A stretch of DNA of 64,000 nucleotides from Leptogorgia sarmentosa. Taxonomy: Eukaryota. The notes below the pieces were generated by a model. It made no database searches. It was not told where the DNA came from and worked only from the letters and a program-made list of their open reading frames with translations. Position numbers and translations under genes: made by a program. Shown here piece by piece: positions 53,700 through 64,000 of this stretch (position 1 is its first letter; each line of letters opens with the position of its first letter). The stretch covers positions 2,232,001-2,296,000 of the forward strand of contig OZ210884.1 in NCBI GenBank assembly GCA_964658305.1. The letters are read 5' to 3'.

Positions 53700-56620
53700 T
53701 CATGCCCTTGCTCGTATTTTTTTCTAAGGTTTACGAAATTTTCGCTGCACATTGCCCTTGGCATGGTGAATACGCATGGTAAATTTAGTGGCGACACCAT
53801 TCAAAATGGAAGCCACAGAAGCAATCAAGTCCCTTCACCTGGTATGGTGTATTTGCTATTGCTATTGCTCCTGTTGAGATTCCTTTGAAACAACGGGCTA
53901 CCCATCATCATGTCCTTGCTCGTATTTTTATCACAGGTTTACGAAATTTTCGCTGCACATTGCTCTTGGCATGGTGAATACGCATGGTAAATTCGGTAGC
54001 GACACCATTCAAAATGGAAGCCACAGAAGCAATCAAGTCCCTTCACCTGGTATGGTATATTTGCTATTGCTATTGCTCCTGTTGAGATTCCTTTGAAACA
54101 ACGGGCTACCCATCATCAAGCCCTTGCTCGTATTTTTATCACAGGTTTACGAAATTTTCGCTGCACATTGCTCTTGGCATGGTGAATACTCATGGTAAAT
54201 TTGATGGCGACACTATTCAAAATGGAAGCCACAGAAGCAATCAAGTCCCTTCACCTGGTATGGTATATTTGCTATTGCTATTGCTCCTGTTGAGATTCCT
54301 TTGAAACAACGGGCTACCCATCATCATGCCCTTGCTCGTATTTTTATCACAGGTTTACGAAATTTTCGCTGCACATTGCTCTTGGCATGGTGAATACGCA
54401 TGGGAAATTTGGTGTCGACACAATTCAAAATGGAAGCCACAGAAGCAATCAAGTCCCTTCACTTGGTATGGTATATTTGCTATTGCTATTGCTCCTGTTG
54501 AGATTCCTTTGAAACAACGGGCTACCCATCATCATGCCCTTGCTCATATTTTTATTACAGGTTTACCAAATTTACGCTGCGCATTGCTCTTGGCATGGTG
54601 AATACGCATGGTAAATTTGGTGGCGACACCAGTCAAAATGGAAGCCACAGAAGCAATCAAGTCCCTTCACCTGGTATGGTATCTTTGCTATTGCTCCTGT
54701 TGAGATTCCTTGGAAACAACGGGCTACCCATCATCATGCACTTGCTCGTATTTTTATCACAGGTTTACGAAATTTTCGCTGCACATTGCTCTTGGCATGG
54801 TGAATAGGCATGGTAAATTTGGTGGCGACACCATTCAAAATGGAAGCCACAGAAGCAATCAAGTCCCTTCACCTGGTATGGTATATTTGCTATTGCTATT
54901 GCTCCTGTTGAGATTCCTTTGAAACAATGGGCTACCCATCATCATGCACTTGCTCGTATTTTTATCACAGGTTTACGAAATTTCCGCTGCACATTGCTCT
55001 TGGCATGGTGAATACGCATGTTAAATTTGGTGGCGACACCATTCAAAATGGAAGCCACAGAAGCAATCAAGTCCCTTCACCTGGTATGGTATATTTGCTA
55101 TTGCTATTGCTCCTGTTGAGATTCCTTTGAAACAACGGGCTACCCATCATCATGCCCTTGCTCGTATTTTTATCACAGGTTTACGAAATTTTCGCTGCAC
55201 CTTGCTCTTGGCATGGTGAATACGCATGTTAAATTTGGTGGCGACACCATTCAAAATGGAAGCCACAGAAGCAATCAAGTCCCTTCACCTGGTATGGTAT
55301 ATTTGCTATTGCTATTGCTCCTGTTGAGATTACTTTGAAACAACGGGCTACCCATCATCATGCCCTTGCTCGTATTTTTTTCTAAGGTTTACGAAATTTT
55401 CGCTGCACATTGCCCTTGGCATGGTGAATACGCATGGTAAATTTAGTGGCGACACCATTCAAAATGGAAGCCACAGAAGCAATCAAGTCCCTTCACCTGG
55501 TATGGTGTATTTGCTATTGCTATTGCTCCTGTTGAGATTCCTTTGAAACAACGGGCTACCCATCATCATGCCCTTGCTCGTATTTTTATCACAGGTTTAC
55601 GAAATTTTCGCTGCACATTGCTCTTGGCATGGTGAATACGCATGGTAAATTTGCTGGCGACACCATTCAAAATGGAAGCCACAGAAGCAATCAAGTCCCT
55701 TCACCTGGTATTGTGTATTTGCTATTGCTATTGCTCCTGTTGAGATTCCTTTGAAACAACGGGCTACCCATCATCATGTCCTTGCTCGTATTTTTATCAC
55801 AGGTTTACGAAATTTTCGCTGCACATTGCTCTTGGCATGGTGAATACGCATGGTAAATTCGGTAGCGACACCATTCAAAATGGAAGCCACAGAAGCAATC
55901 AAGTCCCTTCACCTGGTATGGTATATTTGCTATTGCTATTGCTCCTGTTGAGATTCCTTTGAAACAACGGGCTACCCATCATCAAGCCCTTGCTCGTATT
56001 TTTATCACAGGTTTACGAAATTTTCGCTGCACATTGCTCTTGGCATGGTGAATACTCATGGTAAATTTGATGGCGACACCATTCAAAATGGAAGCCACAG
56101 AAGCAATCAAGTCCCTTCACCTGGTATGGTATATTTGCTATTGCTATTGCTCCTGTTGAGATTCCTTTGAAACAACGGGCTACCCATCATCATGCCCTTG
56201 CTCGTATTTTTATCACAGGTTTACGAAATTTTCGCTGCACATTGCTCTTGGCATGGTGAATACGCATGGGAAATTTGGTGTCGACACAATTCAAAATGGA
56301 AGCCACAGAAGCAATCAAGTCCCTTCACTTGGTATGGTATATTTGCTATTGCTATTGCTCCTGTTGAGATTCCTTTGAAACAACGGGCTACCCATCATCA
56401 TGCCCTTGCTCATATTTTTATTACAGGTTTACCAAATTTACGCTGCGCATTGCTCTTGGCATGGTGAATACGCATGGTAAATTTGGTGGCGACACCAGTC
56501 AAAATGGAAGCCACAGAAGCAATCAAGTCCCTTCACCTGGTATGGTATCTTTGCTATTGCTCCTGTTGAGATTCCTTGGAAACAACGGGCTACCCATCAT
56601 CATGCACTTGCTCGTATTTT
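53700..56620 (+). repeat. 9-mer higher-order repeat (1866 bp = 8x208 + 202)
   Basis: ORF offsets 54326>56192, 54595>56461 and 54710>56576 are all 1866. GTGTCGACACAA, CTCATA, TTACCAA, ACCAGTC and CTTGGAAA recur. TTTCTAAGG (~53720, ~55380) recurs one monomer closer. Confidence 0.85.
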
Positions 56621-59600
56621 TATCACAGGTTTACCAAATTTACGCTGCGCATTGCTCTTGGCATGGTGAATACGCATGGTAAATTTGGTGGCGACACCAG
56701 TCAAAATGGAAGCCACAGAAGCAATCAAGTCCCTTCACCTGGTATGGTATCTTTGCTATTGCTCCTGTTGAGATTCCTTTGAAACAACGGGCTACCCATC
56801 ATCATGCCCTTGCTCGTATTTTTATCACAGGTTTACGAAATTTTCGCTGCACATTGCTCTTGGCATGGTGAATACGCATGGTAAATTTGGTGGCGACACC
56901 ATTCAAAATGGAAGCCACAGAAGCAATCAAGTCCCTTCACCTGGTATGGTATATTTGCTATTGCTATTGCTCCTGTTGAGATTCCTTTGAAACAACGGGC
57001 TACCCATCATCATGCCCTTGCTCGTATTTTTATCACAGGTTTACGAAATTTTCGCTGCGCATTGCTCTTGGCATGGTGAATACGCATGGTAAATTTGGTG
57101 GCGACACCATTCAAAATGGAAGCCACAGAAGCAATCAAGTCCCTTCTCCTGGTATGGTATATTTGCTATTGCTCCTGTTGAGATTCCTTTGAAACAACGG
57201 GCTACCCATCATAATGCCCTTGCTCGTATTTTTATAACAGGTTTACGAAATTTACGCTGTACATTGCTCTTGGCGATGGTGAATACGCATGGTAAATTTG
57301 GTGGCGACACCATTCAAAATGGAAGCCACAGAAGCAATCAAGTCCCTTCACCTGGTATGGTATATTTGCTATTGCTATTGCTCCTGTTGAGATTCCTTTG
57401 AAACAACGGGCTACCCATCATCATGCCCTTGCTCGTATTTTTATCACAGGTTAACGAAATTTTCGCTGCACATTGCTCTTGGCATGGTGAATACGCATGG
57501 TAAATTTGGTTGCGACACCATTCAAAATGGAAGCCACAGAAGCAATCAAGTCCCTTCACCTGGTATGGTATATTTGCTATTGCTATTGCTCCTGTTGAGA
57601 TTCCTTTGAAACAACGTGCTACCCATCATCATGCCCTTGCTCGTATTTTTATCACTGGTTTACGAAATTTTCGCTGCACATTGCTCTTGGCGATGGTGAA
57701 TACGCATGGTAAATTTGGTGGCGACACCATTCGAAATGGAAGCCACAGAAGCAATCAAGTCCCTTCACCTGGTATGGTATATTTGCTATTGCTATTGCTC
57801 CTGTTGAGATTCCTTTGAAACAACGAGCTACCCATCATCATGCCCTTGCTCGTATTTTTATCACAGGTTTACGACATTTTCGCTGCACATTGCTCTTGGC
57901 ATGGCGAATACGCATGGTAAATTTGGTGGCGACACCATTCAAAATGGAAGCCACAGAAGCAATCAAGTCCCCTCACCTGGTATGGTGTATTTGCTATTGC
58001 TATTGCTCCTGTTGAGATTCCTTTGAAACAACGGGCTACCCATCATCATGTCCTTGCTCGTATTTTTATCACAGGTTTACGAAATTTTCGCTGCACATTG
58101 CTCTTGGCATGGTGAATACGCATGGTAAATTCGGTAGCGACACCATTCAAAATGGAAGCCACAGAAGCAATCAAGTCCCTTCACCTGGTATGGTATATTT
58201 GCTATTGCTATTGCTCCTGTTGAGATTACTTTGAAACAACGGGCTACCCATCATCATGCCCTTGCTCGTATTTTTATCACAGGTTTACGAAATTTTCGCT
58301 GCACATTGCCCTTGGCATGGTGAATACGCATGGTAAATTTAGTGGCGACACCATTCAAAATGGAAGCCACAGAAGCAATCAAGTCCCTTCACCTGGTATG
58401 GTATATTTGCTATTGCTATTGCTCCTGTTGAGATTACTTTGAAACAACGGGCTACCCATCATCATGCCCTTGCTCGTATTTTTATCACAGGTTTACGAAA
58501 TTTTCGCTGTACATTGCTCTTGGCATGGTGAATACGCATGGTAAATTTGGTGGCGACACCATTCAAAATGGAAGCCACAGAAGCAATCAAGTCCCTTCAC
58601 CTGGTATGGTATATTTGCTATTGCTATTGCTCCTGTTGAGATTCCTTTGAAACAACGGGCTACCCATCATCATGCCCTTGCTCGTATTTTTATCACAGGT
58701 TTACGAAATTTTCGCTGCACATTGCTCTTGGCATGGTGAATACGCATGGTAAATTTGGTGGCGACACCATTCAAAATGGAAGCCACAGAAGCAATCAAGT
58801 CCCTTCACCTGGTATGGTATATTTGCTATTGCTATTGCTCCTGTTGAGATTCCTTTGAAACAACGGGCTACCCATCATCATGCCCTTGCTCGTATTTTTA
58901 TCACAGGTTTACGAAATTTTCGCTGCACATTGCTCTTGGCATGGTGAATACGCATGGTAAATTTGGTGGCGACACCATTCAAAATGGAAGCCACAGAAGC
59001 AATCAAGTCCCTTCACCTGGTATGGTATATTTGCTATTGCTATTGCTCCTGTTGAGATTCCTTTGAAACAACGGGCTACCCATCATCATGCCCTTGCTCG
59101 TATTTTTATCACAGGTTTACGAAATTTTCGCTGCGCATTGCTCTTGGCATGGTGAATACGCATGGTAAATTTGGTGGCGACACCATTCAAAATGGAAGCC
59201 ACAGAAGCAATCAAGTCCCTTCACCTGGTATGGTATATTTGCTATTGCTATTGCTCCTGTTGAGATTCCTTTGAAACAACGGGCTACCCATCATCATGCC
59301 CTTGCTCGTATTTTTATCACAGGTTTACGAAATTTTCGCTGCACATTGCTCTTGGCATGGTGAATACGCATGGTAAATTTGGTGGCGACACCATTCAAAA
59401 TGGAAGCCACAGAAGCAATCAAGTCCCTTCACCTGGTATGGTATATTTGCTATTGCTATTGCTCCTGTTGAGATTCCTTTGAAACAACGGGCTACCCATC
59501 ATCATGCCCTTGCTCGTATTTTTATCACAGGTTTACGAAATTTTCGCTGCACATTGCTCTTGGCATGGTGAATACGCATGGTAAATTTGGTGGCGACACC

Positions 59601-59979
59601 ATTCAAAATGGAAGCCACAGAAGCAATCAAGTCCCTTCACCTGGTATGGTATATTTGCTATTGCTATTGCTCCTGTTGAGATTCCTTTGAAACAACGGGC
59701 TACCCATCATCATGCCCTTGCTCGTATTTTTATCACAGGTTTACGAAATTTTCGCTGCGCATTGCTCTTGGCATGGTGAATACGCATGGTAAATTTGGTG
59801 GCGACACCATTCAAAATGGAAGCCACAGAAGCAGTCAAGTCCCTTCACCTGGGATGGTATATTTGCTATTGCTATTGCTCCTGTTGAGATTCCTTTGAAA
59901 CAACCGGTTACACATCATCATGCCCTTGCTCGTATTTTTATCACAGGTTTACGAAATTTTCGCTGCACATTGCTCTTGG

Positions 59980-60800
59980 CATGGTGAGTACGCATTGTAA
60001 ATTTGGTGGCGACACCATTCAAAATGGAAGCCACAGAAGCAATCAAGTCCCTTCACCTGGTATGGTATATTTGCTATTGCTCCTGTTGAGATTCCTTTCA
60101 AACAACGGGCTACCCATCATCATGCCCTTGCTCGTATTTTTATCACAGGTTTACGAAATTTTCGCTGCACATTGCTCTTGGCATGGTGAATATGCATGGT
60201 AAATTTGGTGGCGACACCATTCAAAATGGAAGCCACAGAAGCAATCAAGTCCCTTCACCTGGTATGGTATATTTGCTATTGCTATTGCTCCTGTTGAGAT
60301 TCCTTTGAAACAACGGGCTACCCATCATCATGCCCTTGCTCGTATTTTTATCACAGGTTTACGAAATTTTCGCTGCACATTGCTCTTGGCATGGTGAGTA
60401 CGCATTGTAAATTTGGTGGCGACACCATTCAAAATGGAAGCCACAGAAGCAATCAAGTCCCTTCACCTGGTATGGTATATTTGCTATTGCTCCTGTTGAG
60501 ATTCCTTTCAAACAACGGGCTACCCATCATCATGCCCTTGCTCGTATTTTTATCACAGGTTTACGAAATTTTCGCTGCACATTGCTCTTGGCATGGTGAA
60601 TACGCATGGTAAATTTGGTGGCGACACCATTCAAAATGGAAGCCACAGACGCAATCAAGTCCCTTCACCTGGTATGGTATATTTGCTATTGCTATTGCTC
60701 CTGTTGAGATTCCTTTGAAACAACGGGCTACCCATCATCATGCCCTTGCTCGTATTTTTATCACAGGTTTACGAAATTTTCGCTGCACATTGCTCTTGGC
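59980..60800 (+). repeat. 2-mer higher-order repeat (410 bp = 202 + 208)
   Basis: ORFs 59981 and 60391 are identical. GAGTACGCATTG and CTTTCAAA recur. Confidence 0.85.
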
Positions 60801-63800
60801 ATGGTGAATACGCATGGTAAATTTGGTGGCGACACCATTCAAAATGGAAGCCACAGAAGCAATCAAGTCCCTTCACCTGGTATGGTATATTTGCTATTGC
60901 TATTGCTCCTCTTGAGATTCCTTTGAAACAACGGGCTACCCATCATCATGCCCTTGCTCGTATTTTTATCACAGGTTTACGAAATTTTCGCTGCACATTG
61001 CTCTTGGCATGGTGAATACGCATGGTAAATTTGGTGGCGACACCATTCAAAATGGAAGCCACAGAAGCAATCAAGTCCCTTCACCTGGTATGGTATATTT
61101 GCTATTGCTATTCCTCCTGTTGAGATTCCTTTGAAACAACGGGCTACCCATCATCATGCCCTTGCTCGTATTTTTATCACAGGTTTACGAAATTTTCGCG
61201 GCGCATTGCTCTTGGCATGGTGAAAACGCATGGTAAATTTGGTGGTGACACCAGTCAAAATGGAAGCCACAGAAGCAATCAAGTCCCTTCACCTGGTATG
61301 GAATATTTGCTATTGCTATTGCTCCTGTTGAGATTCCTTTGAAACAACGGGCTACCCATCATCATGCCCTTGCTCGTATTTTTATCACAGGTTTACGAGA
61401 TTTTCGCTGCACATTTCTCTTGGCATGGTGAATAGGCATGGTAAATTTGGTGGCGACACCATTCAAAATGGAAGCCACAGAAGCAATCAAGTCCCTTAAC
61501 CTGGTATGGTATATTTGCTATTGCTATTGCTCCTGTTGAGATTCCTTTGAAACAACGGGCTACCCATCATCATGCCCTTGCTCGTATTTTTATCACAGGT
61601 TTACGAAATTTTCGCGGCACATTGCTCTTGGCATGGTGAAAACGCATGGTAAATTTGGTGGCGACACCATTCAATATGGAAGCCACAGAAGCAATCAAGT
61701 CCCTTCACCTGGTATGGTATATTTGCTATTGCTATTGCTCCTGTTGAGATTCCTTTGAAACAACGGGCTACCCATCATCATGCCCTTGCTCGTATTTTTA
61801 TCACAGGTTTACGAGATTTTCGCTGCACATTGCTCTTGGCATGGTGAATACGCATGGTAAATTTGGTGGCGACACCATTCAAAATGGAAGCCACAGAAGC
61901 AGTCAAGTCCCTTCACCTGGTATGGTATATTTGCTATTGCTATTGCTCCTGTTGAGATTCCTTTGAAACAACGGGCTACCCATCATCATGCCCTTGCTCG
62001 TATTTTTATCACACGTTTACGAAATTTTCGCTGCACATTCCTCTTGGCATGGTGAATACGCATGGTAAATTTGGTGCCGACACCATTCAAAATGGAAGCC
62101 ACAGAAGCAATCAAGTCCCTTCACCTGGTATGGTATATTTGCTATTGCTATTGCTCCTGTTGAGATTCCTTTGAAACAACGGGCTACCCATCATCATGCC
62201 CTTGCTCGTATTTTTATCACAGGTTTACGAGATTTTCGCTGCACATTTCTCTTGGCATGGTGAATAGGCATGGTAAATTTGGTGGCGACACCATTCAAAA
62301 TGGAAGCCACAGAAGCAATCAAGTCCCTTAACCTGGTATGGTATATTTGCTATTGCTATTGCTCCTGTTGAGATTCCTTTGAAACAACGGGCTACCCATC
62401 ATCATGCCCTTGCTCGTATTTTAATCACAGGTTTACGAAATTTTCGCTGCACATTGCTCTTGGCATGGTGAATACGCATGGTAAATTTGGTGGCGACACC
62501 ATTCAAAATGGAAGCCACAGAAGCAATCAAGTCCCTTCACCTGGTATGGTATATTTGCTATTGCTATTGCTCCTGTTGAGATTCCTTTGAAACCACGGGC
62601 TACCCATCATCATGCCCTTGCTCGTATTTTTATCACAGGTTTACGAAATTTTCGCTGCGCATTGCTCTTGGAATGGTGAATACGCATGGTAAATTTGGTG
62701 GCGACACCATTCAAAATGGAAGCCACAGAAGCAGTCAAGTCCCTTCACCTGGGATGGTATATTTGCTATTGCTATTGCTCCTGTTGAGATTCCTTTGAAA
62801 CAACCGGTTACCCATCATCATGCCCTTGCTCGTATTTTTATCAAAGGTTTACGAAATTTTCGCTGCGCATTGCTCTTGGCATGGTGAATACGCATGGTAA
62901 ATTTGGTGGCGACACCATTCAAAATGGAAGCCACAGAAGCAATCAAGTCCCTTCTCCTGGTATGGTATATTTGCTATTGCTCCTGTTGAGATTCCTTTGA
63001 AACAACGGGCTACCCATCATAATGCCCTTGCTCGTATTTTTATAACAGGTTTACGAAATTTACGCTGTACATTGCTCTTGGCGATGGTGAATACGCATGG
63101 TAAATTTGGTGGCGACACCATTCAAAATGGAAGCCACAGAAGCAATCAAGTCCCTTCACCTGGTATGGTATATTTGCTATTGCTATTGCTCCTGTGGAGA
63201 TTCCTTTGAAACAACGGGCTACCCATCATCATGCCCTTGCTCGTATTTTTATCACAGGTTTAAGAAATTTTCGCTACACATTGCTCTTGGCATGGTGAAT
63301 ACGCATGGTAAATTTGGTTGCGACACCATTCAAAATGGAAGCCACAGAAGCAATCAAGTCCCTTCACCTGGTATGGTATATTTGCTATTGCTATTGCTCC
63401 TGTTGAGATTCCTTTGAAACAACGGGCTACCCATCATCATGCCCTTGCTCGTATTTTTATCACAGGTTTACGAAATTTTCGCTGCACATTGCTCTTGGCA
63501 TGGTGAATACGCATGGTAAATTTGGTGGCGACACCATTCAAAATGGAAGCCACAGAAGCAATCAAGTCCCTTCACCTGGTATGGTATATTTGCTATTGCT
63601 ATTGCTCCTGTTGAGATCCCTTTGAAACAACGGGCTACCCATCATCATGCCCTTGCTCGTATTTTTATCACAGGTTTACGAAATTTTCGCTGCACATTGC
63701 TCTTGGCATGGTGAATAGGCATGGTAAATTTGATGGCGACACCATTCAAAATGGAAGCCACAGAAGCAATCAAGTCCCTTCACCTGGTATGGTATATTTG

Positions 63801-64000
63801 CTATTGCTATTGCTCCTGTTGAGATTCCTTTGAAACAACGGGCTACCCATCATCATGCCGTTGCTCGTATTTTTATCACAGGTTTACGAAATTTTCGCTG
63901 CATATTGCTCTTGGCATGGTGAATACGCATGGTAAATTTGGTGGCGACACCATTCAAAATGGAAGCCACAGAAGCAATCAAGTCCCTTCACCTGGTATGG

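Larger units (their letters stand above)
1..64000 (+). repeat. Tandem satellite DNA array, 208-bp monomer, ~309 head-to-tail copies, extends beyond both window ends
   Basis: ATGGTAAAT monomer starts recur at 1, 209, 417, 625, 833, 1041 and so on, with the last at 63929. No unique sequence or strand switch was seen between units. Copy number is estimated from length, corrected roughly for 202/207/209-bp variants. Confidence 0.99.

Noticed and set aside
1259..63506. All ORFs in the provided track (61-140 aa)
   Set aside because: They are translations of the same monomer, opened or closed by chance SNPs and indels. 208 is not a multiple of 3, and +1, -1 and -2 indels are common, so no frame is conserved.
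1..64000. CRISPR array
   Set aside because: There are no unique spacers; the whole 208-bp unit repeats, and there are no cas genes.
1..64000. Hidden insertion, inversion or intact mobile element within the array
   Set aside because: Reading through, monomer phase continues without a break apart from 1-6 bp indels, and the ORF track shows no foreign peptide. A very small insertion could have been missed by eye.

Overview
The whole 64 kb window is one uninterrupted, head-to-tail satellite DNA array of about 309 copies of a 208-bp monomer (about 43% GC by hand count), all on the same strand and cut off at both window edges. Consensus monomer: ATGGTAAATTTGGTGGCGACACCATTCAAAATGGAAGCCACAGAAGCAATCAAGTCCCTTCACCTGGTATGGTATATTTGCTATTGCTATTGCTCCTGTTGAGATTCCTTTGAAACAACGGGCTACCCATCATCATGCCCTTGCTCGTATTTTTATCACAGGTTTACGAAATTTTCGCTGCACATTGCTCTTGGCATGGTGAATACGC. 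Most copies differ from it at only 0-5 positions. Recurrent length variants are 202 bp (one TTGCTA lost), 209 bp (GGCATGG>GGCGATGG) and 207 bp. I found no genes, RNA genes, CRISPR spacers, transposon insertions or inversions, and every listed ORF is a by-product of the repeat. I do not recognise the family. Its organisation resembles eukaryotic centromeric or heterochromatic satellite, which is inference. The real structure lies in the variants: nested higher-order duplications (2- to 15-mers, an ~8.2-8.6 kb block and an older ~42-45 kb recurrence) and mosaic patches that look like gene conversion. The monomer also carries a degenerate, frameshifted SWIM zinc-finger-like peptide (CSC...FETTGYP..HALA), which hints at a Mutator/MULE transposase origin but is unverified. 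All alignments were done by eye, so block edges are approximate.
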